Assembly: GCF_001644705.1 (NCBI RefSeq)
Contig: NZ_CP015137.1
Span: 3,600,001 to 3,632,000 of the forward strand
DNA: 32,000 nucleotides
Source of the DNA: Dickeya solani IPO 2222
Lineage (GTDB): Bacteria; Pseudomonadota; Gammaproteobacteria; Enterobacterales; Enterobacteriaceae
Direction of reading: 5' to 3'
Shown piece after piece: positions 8,083 through 17,783 of this stretch. The notes under the pieces are model-generated. The model saw only the letters and a program-made list of their open reading frames with translations. It had not been told where the DNA came from and did no database searches. Within the stretch, counting starts at the first letter, position 1, and every line of letters begins with the position of its first letter. Made by a program: the position numbers and the translations under genes.

Positions 8083-9249
8083 ATGAAAATCATGATTATC
8101 AATACCTTATATCACCCTTATAAAGTGGGTGGGGCTGAAGTCTCGGTCCAGCTTCTGGCCGAAACGCTGGTGCAACGTGGACACCAGGTTCAGGTGCTGT
8201 GCCTGACGCCTGATCCGCAGCGCAGCGAGCAGGTAATTAACGGCGTGTCGGTATGTTATCTGCCGCTGGCGAACAGCTACTGGCCGTTTGATGGTCAGAA
8301 GCACTCTTCCAGCCAGAAAATACGCTGGCACCTGAAGGACTACTACAACCGTGATATGCGCATGGTTGTGATGCACGAAATTCAGGCTTTTTCGCCCGAT
8401 ATCGTGCACACCAATAACATTGCCGGGTTCTCTGTGTCGGTCTGGTCGGCGGCGAAAGCCTGCGGGGTGAAAATTCTGCATACCAGCCGGGATTACTACC
8501 TGTTTCACCATAACTCGACCCTGTTTTCCGCCGGTCAGAATCAGGATCCCGATGCTGCGGGTATTCGCCTGATGTCGGCGATGAAAAAACGGTTCAGTCG
8601 TCTGGTGGATGGTTATGTCGGCATCAGCCAGTTTATCTGCGAGATGCACCGGGAGGCCGGGTTCTTCCCCAATGCGCACCATGCGTTTATTTACAACACG
8701 GTGCCGGCGGTGGACGACGACGGGGAGCGTGAACCGGTTGAAGACGATGTCAGGCGGATCGGTTTTATCGGCAAGTTTTCGCCGGAGAAGGGGTTCGATG
8801 ACTTTTGCGCGCTGGCCCGACACTACCGCAACCGCTCCGGCTATGTTTTTTATGCCGCGGGCCGCATCACGCAGGATAACCCGCTGGTGGAGGAAGCGCG
8901 CCAGAGCGGAGTGATACTGCTGGGGTTTGTCAGCCTGGAAGACTTCATGCGGCGGGTGGATGTGGTGGTGCTGCCGATCAAGTGGCATGAGCCGTTCGGC
9001 CGGGTGGTGGTGGAAAGTATCTTCCATGGAAAAGTGGTGCTGACCAACCGCATGGGGGGCGTCGGCGAACTGGCCGCGTTGTTGCCGAACATCTATTTCA
9101 TGGAAGAGACCTCGGTGGATGAGGAAGTGGAAAAGCACGCCGAACCGCTTTGTCCCGACATGCTGGCACATTTTACCCCCGACCGGGTCGCGCAGGAGTA
9201 CGAGCAGGCCTACAACAATGTGCTCGCGCTTAATACGCAACGGGGTTGA
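8083..9249 (+). CDS. GT4-family (GT-B, retaining) glycosyltransferase, paralogue A
   Basis: The 388-aa product has an N-terminal INTLYHPYKVGGAEV (Glyco_trans_4-like) and the EX7E motif HEPFGRVVVES in the C-terminal domain. AGGA lies 8 nt upstream of the ATG. Confidence 0.8.
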   Translation: MKIMIINTLYHPYKVGGAEVSVQLLAETLVQRGHQVQVLCLTPDPQRSEQVINGVSVCYLPLANSYWPFDGQKHSSSQKIRWHLKDYYNRDMRMVVMHEIQAFSPDIVHTNNIAGFSVSVWSAAKACGVKILHTSRDYYLFHHNSTLFSAGQNQDPDAAGIRLMSAMKKRFSRLVDGYVGISQFICEMHREAGFFPNAHHAFIYNTVPAVDDDGEREPVEDDVRRIGFIGKFSPEKGFDDFCALARHYRNRSGYVFYAAGRITQDNPLVEEARQSGVILLGFVSLEDFMRRVDVVVLPIKWHEPFGRVVVESIFHGKVVLTNRMGGVGELAALLPNIYFMEETSVDEEVEKHAEPLCPDMLAHFTPDRVAQEYEQAYNNVLALNTQRG

Positions 9250-9504
9250 TTGACGCAAACCCGTCGATTAGGGCGCGATGCTTTGCTTGTCGGCGGGGGG
9301 CAGAAAAAGGGAAACGCATAAAGTTGCACGGGTAATAACGGTGCCGCCATCAAGGATGTTGTCCTTAACACATTGCTTTATATGCTCTGGGTTAGTACGG
9401 CTATGGTTATGATTTATAAAACTATTTTCTTGATGCGGAGCGTGGCGGCTCATGCCGTCTGGTGTCGGAATAAGGCACCCCGTATTTGCCGGGGACAACT
9501 CTAT

Positions 9505-10707
9505 ATGCGAATTCTGATTATCAACACCTTGTACCACCCGCACAAGGTGGGTGGGGCTGAAGTGTCCGTGCAGTTGATGGCGGAAGCGCTGGTGCGGCGA
9601 CAGCATCAGGTGCAGGTACTGTGCCTGACGCCGGAAAAGCATCGCAGTGAAACGGTCATTAATGGCGTTGCCGTGTGCTATGTGCCGCTGGCCAACTGCT
9701 ACTGGCCATTTGATGGCGAAAAAAAGTCTTTCTTCCAGAAAATACGCTGGCACCTGAAAGATTACTACAACGTGGATATGCGTACCGCCGCGATGGAGGT
9801 TATCCGGACCTTCTCGCCGGATCTGGTGCATACCAACAATATCGCCGGATTTTCCGTGTCGGTCTGGTCAGCGGCGAAAGCCTGCGGGGTGAAAATCTTA
9901 CATACCAGCCGGGATTACTACCTGTTTCATCACAATGTGACTCTGTTTCACCGGGGGCAGAATCAGGACCCGGCATCCGTGGGCATTCGTCTGATGTCCT
10001 GGTTGAAAAGGCGGTGCAGCCATCTGGTGGACGGCTATGTCGGCATCAGCCGGTTTATTTTCGAGTTGCATCGCAACGCGGGGTTTTTCCCCCAGGTATA
10101 CCACTCGTTTATTTATGACATCGTGCTGGAAGCCAGTCAGACGCCGGAGCCAGCGACGGTGGGCGACGTCGGTAAGGCGGTCAGGCGCATCGGTTTTATC
10201 GGCAAGCTGGCGGTGGAGAAGGGGTTTGATGATTTCTGCGTATTGGCCCGGCATTACCGCGATCGTCCGGGGTATGCCTTTTATGCCGCAGGCCGTATCA
10301 CGCAGGATAACCCGCTGGTAAAGGAAGCCCGGGACAGCGGTGTGACGCTGCTGGGGTTTGTTAGCCTGGAAGACTTCATGCAGCAGGTGGATGTGGTGGT
10401 GCTGCCGGTGAAATGGCATGAGCCGTTCGGCCGGGTAGTAGTGGAAAGCATCTTTTATGGAAAAGTGGTGCTGACTAACCGAATGGGGGCGGTCAGCGAA
10501 TTATCGTCCCTGCTGCCGAATGTCTATTTTATGGAAGAGTGCTCGCTCGAAGAGGTTATCGATAAACATATCGAACCACTCGGCCCCGAAACATTACATG
10601 CTTTTACACCTGATGCTATCGCTGGGGAATTTGAAAAGGTCTATATGAAAATGCTTATACCCGAAAGCCGACGGCACGATTTATCGCCTGCGGAATATAA
10701 AGAGTAA
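9505..10707 (+). CDS. GT4-family glycosyltransferase, paralogue B (tandem duplicate of 8083-9249)
   Basis: I chose the start at ATG 9505 (MRILIINTLYHPHKVGGAEV) because it aligns residue for residue with the paralogue A start. The 44-codon extension to 9373 in the ORF track has no counterpart in paralogue A. The product carries the same EX7E motif, HEPFGRVVVES. Confidence 0.8.
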   Translation: MRILIINTLYHPHKVGGAEVSVQLMAEALVRRQHQVQVLCLTPEKHRSETVINGVAVCYVPLANCYWPFDGEKKSFFQKIRWHLKDYYNVDMRTAAMEVIRTFSPDLVHTNNIAGFSVSVWSAAKACGVKILHTSRDYYLFHHNVTLFHRGQNQDPASVGIRLMSWLKRRCSHLVDGYVGISRFIFELHRNAGFFPQVYHSFIYDIVLEASQTPEPATVGDVGKAVRRIGFIGKLAVEKGFDDFCVLARHYRDRPGYAFYAAGRITQDNPLVKEARDSGVTLLGFVSLEDFMQQVDVVVLPVKWHEPFGRVVVESIFYGKVVLTNRMGAVSELSSLLPNVYFMEECSLEEVIDKHIEPLGPETLHAFTPDAIAGEFEKVYMKMLIPESRRHDLSPAEYKE

Positions 10708-10821
10708 TAAAAAAATAAAGAATACGGTTTTTAGATTGGCTGGTTTTTGGAAAAAAGGAATCCGGAAACAATCACTATCTTTTATTTAAACGGTTACACC
10801 ATTCGGTGTAACCGGAAGGGG

Positions 10822-11856
10822 ATGTCATTCATGTATGTAAATACACGTAATTTGCTGGGGCATACTACCGGCGTGCAACGCTATACCAGGAAGATTATTG
10901 ATTATATTTCCACTGTCGGCGTCAGGGTGGCATCAATACAGCCTGATAATATTATTTATGGCATGAAAGGACATTTATGGGAGCAATTTTCCCTGCCGCG
11001 GAAAATTGCCTCACGGGAAATATTGTGGTCACCCTGTAATACCGGGCCGCTGCTGATTAAAAAACAGATTGTCACTATTCACGACACCGTGCCTTTTGAT
11101 CATCCGGAATGGCTGAATAAGAAATTCGTCGCCTGGTATCAATTCATGCAGCCACGGCTGGCGAAAAAGGTGGAGCACATCATCACCATCTCCGAATTTT
11201 CCAAGGAACGCATCATGCACCATTTACGTGTGCCGGAGAGCAAGGTTTCGGTGATTTACAACGGTGTGGACGTGCTACAGCCGGATGCCGGCGGGAGTGC
11301 CACGGAAAAAAATGCGTCGGTGGTGGACGGCGACTACCTGCTGTCGGTGGGTTCGCTGGAGCCACGAAAGAATATTCCCCGATTAATCAACGCATTTTTG
11401 CGTTTCAGGCAGGAAAGCGGTTCCGACATCCGGCTGGTGATTGTGGGTAAGAAAGGCGTATCGCGGGTCTTCGGGGATGACGGCGCCGAAGCACTGGTCG
11501 ACAGCGATGCGGTGATTTTTACCGGCCATGTCAGCGATGAGGCGCTGGTGAGCCTGTACCAGCATGCGCGCGGCTTCTGCTACCCCTCGATGTACGAAGG
11601 GTTTGGTCTGCCGCCGCTGGAAGCGATGTGCTACGGGCTACCGGTGCTGACCAGCAACACCACGTCAATGAAGGAGTTGTGCGAACAGCGGGCGATTCTG
11701 GTCGATCCGCTGTCGGTGGAGTCCATCGCCGAGGGGATTCACCAACTGGTGACCGGTCAGGGCCCGGCTGGCATGCAGAAAAAGGGCGAGGCGTTCGCCC
11801 AATCGCTGACATGGAAACAGTGTGCATCTGAAACGCTACGCGTATTGGGACACTGA
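10822..11856 (+). CDS. GT4-family glycosyltransferase (mannosyltransferase-like)
   Basis: The product has the EX7E motif in MYEGFGLPPLEAMCYGLPVLTSN and a GSLEPRKN motif typical of GT1/GT4 enzymes. GGAAGGGG lies directly upstream of ATG 10822, and ATG 10831 is also possible. The TTG at 10747 in the ORF track is unlikely. Confidence 0.72.
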   Translation: MSFMYVNTRNLLGHTTGVQRYTRKIIDYISTVGVRVASIQPDNIIYGMKGHLWEQFSLPRKIASREILWSPCNTGPLLIKKQIVTIHDTVPFDHPEWLNKKFVAWYQFMQPRLAKKVEHIITISEFSKERIMHHLRVPESKVSVIYNGVDVLQPDAGGSATEKNASVVDGDYLLSVGSLEPRKNIPRLINAFLRFRQESGSDIRLVIVGKKGVSRVFGDDGAEALVDSDAVIFTGHVSDEALVSLYQHARGFCYPSMYEGFGLPPLEAMCYGLPVLTSNTTSMKELCEQRAILVDPLSVESIAEGIHQLVTGQGPAGMQKKGEAFAQSLTWKQCASETLRVLGH

Positions 11857-11924
11857 CGCCGACACGCTGTGTAGCGACATCGACGACTGTTTTTTCACTT
11901 TTCAGGTGTGCAAGAGAATCGAAT

Positions 11925-12842
11925 ATGAAAGTCAATTTTGTGGTTCCGGTTTATAACGGCGGTGAAATCTGGGAACAATGCGCGGCGTCGCTGCATGCCT
12001 GCCTGACCGCCGAAAAACTGCCGTCGCAGCAGGTGCTGGTGATTGATTCGTCGTCGCGCGACAACTCGCGTGAGGTGGCCGCGCGCTACGGTTTCCGGTG
12101 TCACACCATTACGTCCGCCGAATTCAACCACGGCGGCACGCGTAATCTCGGTGTGGCAATGAGTGACGGCGACGTGGTGGTATTTCTGACCCAGGACGCC
12201 ATTCCCCAGCACCGTTTTATTCGTGAGTTGTTGTCGGCGTTTGAGGACGAGCGGGTGGCGGTGGCTTACGGCCGTCAGTTGCCGCACGACGACGCCAACC
12301 CGCTGGCCTGCCATGCGCGCCGCTTCAATTACAGCACCCGCAGTCATGTATTGGGGCTGATGGACAAGCCGCACTATGGCATCAAGACGGTGTTTACCTC
12401 CAACTCGTTTGCGGCTTATCGGGCGAAAACCTTTCATGAGCTGGGCGGATTTCCGTCCAATACCATTCTCAGCGAGGATATGCATCTGGCGGCTCAGGCG
12501 GTGCTGGCCGGATACCGGGTGGCGTATGTGGCGGATGCGGCGGTCAAACATTCGCACAACTATACGCCGGTGGAGGAATTCAAGCGTTATTTTGATATCG
12601 GTGTATTTCACTGTGACGAAAAATGGATTAGGGAGGAATTTGGCGGTGCCGGCGGCGAAGGAAAGCGATTTATTTTTTCTGAGCTCCGCTATCTAATGAA
12701 AGAAAATAACTATCTGTGGATCCCTCGTGCTTGCGTGCACAATGCCCTGAAGATCGCAGGATATAAATTGGGGCAACATTATCGAAAAATACCTCATGGC
12801 TTAATCAGGAAACTGAGTATGCATAAAAGATTCTGGCAATAA
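11925..12842 (+). CDS. GT2-family (GT-A) glycosyltransferase, possibly a rhamnosyltransferase
   Basis: The N-terminal FVVPVYNGG, VIDSSSRDNS, FNHGGTRN and FLTQDAIP are the pattern I associate with GT2 enzymes often annotated as rhamnosyltransferases. The acceptor and donor cannot be determined from sequence. Confidence 0.7.
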   Translation: MKVNFVVPVYNGGEIWEQCAASLHACLTAEKLPSQQVLVIDSSSRDNSREVAARYGFRCHTITSAEFNHGGTRNLGVAMSDGDVVVFLTQDAIPQHRFIRELLSAFEDERVAVAYGRQLPHDDANPLACHARRFNYSTRSHVLGLMDKPHYGIKTVFTSNSFAAYRAKTFHELGGFPSNTILSEDMHLAAQAVLAGYRVAYVADAAVKHSHNYTPVEEFKRYFDIGVFHCDEKWIREEFGGAGGEGKRFIFSELRYLMKENNYLWIPRACVHNALKIAGYKLGQHYRKIPHGLIRKLSMHKRFWQ

Positions 12843-12867
12843 CTTCTACTCGTACAGGTGAACGACT

Positions 12868-14274
12868 ATGGTCAGGAAAAAAGAGAGTGTAATTTATGCT
12901 ATTCCTTCGCTGGTTTCAGTATTACAGCGTTTTTCTGATATGACTGTAATCTTTATCAGCGTACTGTTGGCATGTCTGGTGACAAAAAAAGAGATATCGA
13001 CGGCATCGTATTTGATCGCCTTAATCAGTTTCTCTGTCTTCCAGCTGCTGGCAGGTTTTACCAATTTTTATCGTTCGTGGCGTGGTGTCGGTATTTATAC
13101 CGAAATTCGCACCCTGATTATTAATTGGGGTGTCAGCGTCACCTTCGGTGCCGGTGTTTTATCTTTGGTGCCGAATCAATATATTGGTTATCATTTTCAT
13201 GCGGTCTGGTTTTTATTTACTGTGGCGGGATTCGTGATATCACGCACCCTGATTCGGGTAGTGGTGCAATATCTGCGAAAAATGGGTTACAACAAGGTCA
13301 ACGTGGCGTTTATCGGCGCGCAACCCTCCGGGCCTTATCTGGCGGAGAGCATCAAGCAGGCGCCCTGGATGGGGTTGAACATCCTTGGCTATTTTTCCGA
13401 AAACAGCCAGTTCCAGTACAGCTATGAGCGCAATGGCGTGCGTTGTCTGGGGAACGTGGAGGAACTGATTCGGCTGGCCCACAAAGGGGATCTGGACAAG
13501 ATTTACGTCTCGTTCTCGCTGCAGGAAGCGGAATTGATCAACCACCTGATGTCGGAACTGACGGATACCACCTGTACCGTGATGCTGGTGCCCGACATTC
13601 TGGCGTTCAACGTGTTGCAGTCGCGTAGCGACATCATCAACGGTATTCCGGTGGTGTCGTTGTATGACTCGCCGATGAGCGGCGTGAACCGTCTGCTCAA
13701 ACGTTTGGAAGACATTGTGACCGCGTCGATTATTACTGTGCTTATTTCCCCGCTGTTATTGGGTATTGCGTTGCTGGTCAAATTGACCTCCAAAGGGCCG
13801 GTGATTTTCCGGCAGAGACGTTACGGCATGGATGGCAAAGCGATAGAAGTGTGGAAATTCCGCAGTATGACGGTGATGGAGAACGGCGATACCGTGATCC
13901 AGGCCAGCAAGGGCGACAAGCGGGTGACGCCGGTGGGCGCGTTTCTGCGCCGTACGTCGCTGGACGAGCTGCCGCAGTTCATCAATGTCATCCGCGGCGA
14001 AATGTCGATTGTCGGGCCGCGTCCGCACGCGGTGGCGCACAACGAACAGTACCGTAAGCTGATAAAGGGGTACATGCTGCGGCACAAAATGAAGCCAGGG
14101 ATCACCGGCTGGGCGCAAATTAACGGTTGGCGCGGTGAAACCGATACTCTGGAGAAGATGGAAAGACGTGTGGAATGCGATCTGTTCTATATCGAAAACT
14201 GGAGCGTCTGGCTGGATATCAAGATTATATTTTTGACAATCTTCAAAGGATTTGTGAGTAAATCCGCGTATTAA
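12868..14274 (+). CDS. wcaJ: Undecaprenyl-phosphate hexose-1-phosphate transferase (WcaJ/WbaP family initiating enzyme; WcaJ-like)
   Basis: The 468-aa product has a polytopic hydrophobic N-terminal third. Its C-terminal bacterial sugar-transferase domain contains DELPQFINVIRGEMSIVGPRPHAVAHNEQY and KPGITGWAQINGWRGET. Glucose versus galactose specificity is not resolvable by eye. Confidence 0.8.
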   Translation: MVRKKESVIYAIPSLVSVLQRFSDMTVIFISVLLACLVTKKEISTASYLIALISFSVFQLLAGFTNFYRSWRGVGIYTEIRTLIINWGVSVTFGAGVLSLVPNQYIGYHFHAVWFLFTVAGFVISRTLIRVVVQYLRKMGYNKVNVAFIGAQPSGPYLAESIKQAPWMGLNILGYFSENSQFQYSYERNGVRCLGNVEELIRLAHKGDLDKIYVSFSLQEAELINHLMSELTDTTCTVMLVPDILAFNVLQSRSDIINGIPVVSLYDSPMSGVNRLLKRLEDIVTASIITVLISPLLLGIALLVKLTSKGPVIFRQRRYGMDGKAIEVWKFRSMTVMENGDTVIQASKGDKRVTPVGAFLRRTSLDELPQFINVIRGEMSIVGPRPHAVAHNEQYRKLIKGYMLRHKMKPGITGWAQINGWRGETDTLEKMERRVECDLFYIENWSVWLDIKIIFLTIFKGFVSKSAY

Positions 14275-14298
14275 CACATTTCTGAAAGGTCACTATTC

Positions 14299-15363
14299 AT
14301 GAATATTCTGGTAACGGGTGGGGCTGGGTTCATTGGTTCGGCCGTGGTGCGTCATATCATTCAGCATACTCAGGACCGGGTAATGGTTGTGGATTGCCTG
14401 ACTTATGCCGGTAATCTGGCGTCGTTGAAAGAGGTGGCATCCGATCCCCGTTTTTTGTTTGAGAAAGTCAACATCTGCGACCGGGCTGGGCTGGATCGGG
14501 TGTTTGCGACCTTTCAGCCGGATGCGGTAATGCATCTGGCGGCGGAAAGCCATGTCGATCGTTCCATCGACGGCCCTTCTGCTTTCATTGAAACCAATAT
14601 CACCGGGACTTACACCCTGCTGGAGGCGGCGCGGCAGTACTGGTTGGCGCTGCCGGAGGCGAGCAGGGCGGCATTCCGCTTCCATCATATCTCCACCGAT
14701 GAAGTGTACGGCGACTTGCACGGCACCGACGATTTGTTTACGGAAACCACGCCTTACGCGCCGAGCAGCCCGTACTCCGCCTCCAAAGCCGCCAGCGATC
14801 ATCTGGTGCGCGCCTGGTTGCGGACTTACGGCCTGCCGACGCTGGTGACCAACTGCTCCAACAACTACGGCCCGTATCATTTCCCGGAAAAACTGATTCC
14901 GCTGATGATTCTCAACGCGCTGGAAGGCAAACCGCTGCCGGTTTACGGCCAGGGCAACCAGATCCGCGACTGGCTATACGTCGAAGATCATGCCCGGGCG
15001 CTCTATACCGTCGTGACCACCGGCGAGGTCGGGGAAACCTACAACATTGGCGGGCATAACGAACGGAAAAACATTGAGGTGGTGAAAACCATCTGCGCCC
15101 TGCTGGATGAACTGCGGCCGGAGAAGCCGGCAGGCATCCGCCACTACGACGAGCTGATCACCCATGTGACCGATCGGCCGGGGCACGATCTGCGTTATGC
15201 GATCGACGCGTCGAAAATCTACCGTGAACTGGGCTGGAAACCGCAGGAAACCTTCGAGTCCGGCATCCGCAAAACGGTGGAGTGGTATCTGGCGAACGAG
15301 GCTTGGTGGCGCAGCGTTAAGGATGGCTCCTATACCGGTGAACGCTTAGGTTTAACCCTTTAA
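14299..15363 (+). CDS. rmlB: dTDP-glucose 4,6-dehydratase
   Basis: The product has [10 protein letters not shown] (Rossmann fold), YSASKAASD (YxxxK) and HISTDEVYG. It is 354 aa and sits first in an rml block. Confidence 0.95.
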   Translation: MNILVTGGAGFIGSAVVRHIIQHTQDRVMVVDCLTYAGNLASLKEVASDPRFLFEKVNICDRAGLDRVFATFQPDAVMHLAAESHVDRSIDGPSAFIETNITGTYTLLEAARQYWLALPEASRAAFRFHHISTDEVYGDLHGTDDLFTETTPYAPSSPYSASKAASDHLVRAWLRTYGLPTLVTNCSNNYGPYHFPEKLIPLMILNALEGKPLPVYGQGNQIRDWLYVEDHARALYTVVTTGEVGETYNIGGHNERKNIEVVKTICALLDELRPEKPAGIRHYDELITHVTDRPGHDLRYAIDASKIYRELGWKPQETFESGIRKTVEWYLANEAWWRSVKDGSYTGERLGLTL

Positions 15364-15388
15364 TCGTATTTTTGTTAAGGAAAGTTCA

Positions 15389-16258
15389 ATGAAAGGCATT
15401 GTACTGGCAGGCGGTTCAGGAACGCGACTCTATCCGATTACCCGCGGGGTATCGAAGCAGCTGTTGCCTATTTACGACAAACCGATGATCTATTATCCGA
15501 TTTCGGTACTGATGCTGGCCGGTATCCGGGACATTCTGATTATCTCGACCCCGGATGATCTGCCCGCCTATCGTCGGCTGCTGGGCAACGGCAGCCGGTT
15601 CGGCGTGAACCTCTTTTACGCCGAGCAGCCTTCGCCGGACGGCCTGGCGCAGGCGTTTCTGATCGGCGAAACTTTTATCAACGGCGATCAGTGCGCGCTG
15701 GTGCTGGGCGACAACATCTTCTTCGGTCAAAGCTTCGGTAAGAAGCTGGAAAACGTGGCCGCCCGCACCGAAGGCGCCACCGTCTTCGGTTATCAGGTGA
15801 TGGACCCCGAGCGCTTTGGCGTGGTGGAGTTTGACGACAACAATCAGGCGATTTCGCTGGAAGAAAAACCCAGCAAACCGAAATCCAACTGGGCGGTGAC
15901 CGGGCTCTATTTCTATGACCGTCACGTAGTGGAAATGGCCAAGCAGGTTAAACCCTCAGCGCGCGGCGAACTGGAAATCACCACGCTCAATGAGATGTAT
16001 CTGCAGCAGGGCAACCTGAATGTGGAAGTGCTGGGGCGCGGCTTTGCCTGGCTGGACACCGGCACCCACGACAGCCTGCTGGAGGCGTCTCAGTTCATCA
16101 GCACCATCGAGAAGCGTCAGGGCTTCAAGGTCGCTTGTCTGGAGGAAATCGCGTTCCGCAAAGGCTGGCTGACCCGCGAACAGGTAGCGGATGAAGCCCG
16201 CTACCTTGGAAAAACCCACTACGGCCAGTATCTGGCCCAGCTACTGACAGGGATGTGA
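15389..16258 (+). CDS. rmlA: Glucose-1-phosphate thymidylyltransferase
   Basis: [34 protein letters not shown] is the canonical RmlA N-terminus. The product is 289 aa. Confidence 0.96.
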   Translation: MKGIVLAGGSGTRLYPITRGVSKQLLPIYDKPMIYYPISVLMLAGIRDILIISTPDDLPAYRRLLGNGSRFGVNLFYAEQPSPDGLAQAFLIGETFINGDQCALVLGDNIFFGQSFGKKLENVAARTEGATVFGYQVMDPERFGVVEFDDNNQAISLEEKPSKPKSNWAVTGLYFYDRHVVEMAKQVKPSARGELEITTLNEMYLQQGNLNVEVLGRGFAWLDTGTHDSLLEASQFISTIEKRQGFKVACLEEIAFRKGWLTREQVADEARYLGKTHYGQYLAQLLTGM

Positions 16259-16259
16259 T

Positions 16260-16796
16260 ATGCAAGTTCATGATACCGCTATTCAGGGCGTCAAAATCAT
16301 CCAGCCCAAGGTCTTCGGTGATGCCAGAGGCTTTTTTCTGGAAACGTTTGAGAAAAATCGTTATCAGGAAATGCTGGATATCGACCTGGACTTTGTGCAG
16401 GACAACCATTCCCGCTCGGCTAAAGGGGTGTTGCGTGGATTGCATTTTCAGACCAGCAATCCGCAAGGGAAACTGGTGCGGGTGGTGCGCGGCGAAGTGT
16501 TTGACGTCGTAGTGGATATTCGCCCGGATTCCCCGACCTACGGCCGCTGGGAAGGCGTAGTCCTGTCGGAAGAAAACAAGACCCAGTTCTGGATCCCGCC
16601 CGGTCTGGCGCACGGCTTTGTGGTGCTGTCCGAACTGGCGGATTTCGAATACAAGTGTACCGATTACTATAACCCGGCTCACGAAGGCTGCCTGCTATGG
16701 AACGATGCGGATATCGGTGTCGACTGGCCGATAGCCTCCCCCCTGTTGTCGGACAAGGATCAGAAGGGCAAAGCCTTTAAGGAGTTATGGGCATGA
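16260..16796 (+). CDS. rmlC: dTDP-4-dehydrorhamnose 3,5-epimerase
   Basis: The 178-aa cupin has GVKIIQPKVFGDARGFF, RGLHFQ and YKCTDYY motifs. Its ATG lies 1 nt after the rmlA stop. Confidence 0.95.
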   Translation: MQVHDTAIQGVKIIQPKVFGDARGFFLETFEKNRYQEMLDIDLDFVQDNHSRSAKGVLRGLHFQTSNPQGKLVRVVRGEVFDVVVDIRPDSPTYGRWEGVVLSEENKTQFWIPPGLAHGFVVLSELADFEYKCTDYYNPAHEGCLLWNDADIGVDWPIASPLLSDKDQKGKAFKELWA

Positions 16797-17650
16797 AAGT
16801 CTTGTTAACCGGCGCTAACGGTCAGTTGGGGCGCTGCTTTCAGGATCGGCTACCGGACGGGTGGTTGGTGCTGGCGACGGACGCCGACTCGCTGGATATC
16901 ACCGATGAGGCGCAGGTACAGGCTACGGTGAAATCGTGGCAACCGGACGCCATTGTCAACGCCGCGGCCTATACCGCGGTGGATAAGGCGGAATCGGAAC
17001 CGGCGCTGGCGGCGCGTATCAATGTCGCCGGGCCGGAATTCCTGGCTCGTGCGGCCCGTCAGCTGGGCGCGCGCTTTATCCATGTCTCCACCGATTATGT
17101 GTTCGATGGGACGGCGACCCGGCCGTATAGCGAAACCGACGCCACCCACCCGCTGGGCGTGTACGGCCAGACCAAGCTGGATGGCGAGCGGTCGGTGCTG
17201 AAGGTGAATCCGGCGGCGCAGATTGTGCGTACCGCCTGGGTCTTCAGCGAGTACGGCAACAACTTTGTCAAAACCATGCTGCGGCTGGGCCGGGAGCGGG
17301 ATACCCTTGGCGTGGTGGCCGATCAACGCGGCTGCCCGACCTATGCCGGCGATATTGCCGGCGCCATCATCAACCTGTTGCAGCAGCAGGCCGATGCCGG
17401 TCTGTATCACTTCTGCGGCGACGAAGAAGTGTCCTGGCATGATTTTGCCAGCGCCATCTTCGCCATCGCCGGCGAGCAGCAGGTGTTGACCCGCGCGCCG
17501 GTGGTCAACGCCATTACCACTGATCAGTACCCAACGCCGGCCGCGCGGCCGGCCTATTCCACGCTGGATTGCGGCAAGATTGCCCGGCTTGGTATTCGGC
17601 CGTCCGCCTGGCGGGAAGCGTTGGGCGTTATCATTCCTAAATTGGTCTGA
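16793..17650 (+). CDS. rmlD: dTDP-4-dehydrorhamnose reductase
   Basis: The product has MKVLLTGANGQLG (Rossmann fold), STDYVFDG and YGQTKLDGE motifs. AAGGAG (16779-16784) lies 8 nt upstream of ATG 16793. That ATG forms an ATGA overlap with the rmlC stop. ATG 16787 sits only 2 nt from the SD sequence. Confidence 0.92.
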   Translation: MKVLLTGANGQLGRCFQDRLPDGWLVLATDADSLDITDEAQVQATVKSWQPDAIVNAAAYTAVDKAESEPALAARINVAGPEFLARAARQLGARFIHVSTDYVFDGTATRPYSETDATHPLGVYGQTKLDGERSVLKVNPAAQIVRTAWVFSEYGNNFVKTMLRLGRERDTLGVVADQRGCPTYAGDIAGAIINLLQQQADAGLYHFCGDEEVSWHDFASAIFAIAGEQQVLTRAPVVNAITTDQYPTPAARPAYSTLDCGKIARLGIRPSAWREALGVIIPKLV

Positions 17651-17695
17651 TGATGTTCAGGCGCGGTAAATCCGTGGGGGAGTGATGCCCCATTC

Positions 17696-17783
17696 ATCTC
17701 GAGTTGCAGGACCGCGGTAACCGGCGAATCCCTTGCGGATTTGAGCGGTCAGCGCGCCTGCGGCTCGATAGCGCGCGGGTATA
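17696..17783. repeat. Diverged, internally shortened ERIC/IRU-like intergenic repeat
   Basis: The left end is tctcgagttgcagga, the central remnants are gcgaatccc / ggatttgagcg, and the right end is cgcgcgggtata. These match the termini (aattcgagttgcag ... gacgggtata) and core (gtgaatcccc ... ggggtgagcg) of the ERIC consensus as I recall it. The match is approximate. Confidence 0.45.

Noticed and set aside
9373-9504. N-terminal extensions suggested by the ORF track for several genes (9373, 10747, 17741, 18721, 20125, 22645, 26554, 27576, 30950)
   Set aside because: The extensions use TTG or GTG, or lack an SD sequence. They read through intergenic repeats or terminators and have no counterpart in the paralogue or in remembered homologue N-termini. 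Internal ATGs with good SD spacing were preferred: 9505, 10822, 17825, 18742, 20143, 22663, 26575, 27663 and 30995.
11857-11924. Possible terminator in the spacer before the GT2 gene (the ctgttttttcactttt T-run)
   Set aside because: I could not find a stable GC-rich stem immediately upstream of the T-run, so I did not call it.
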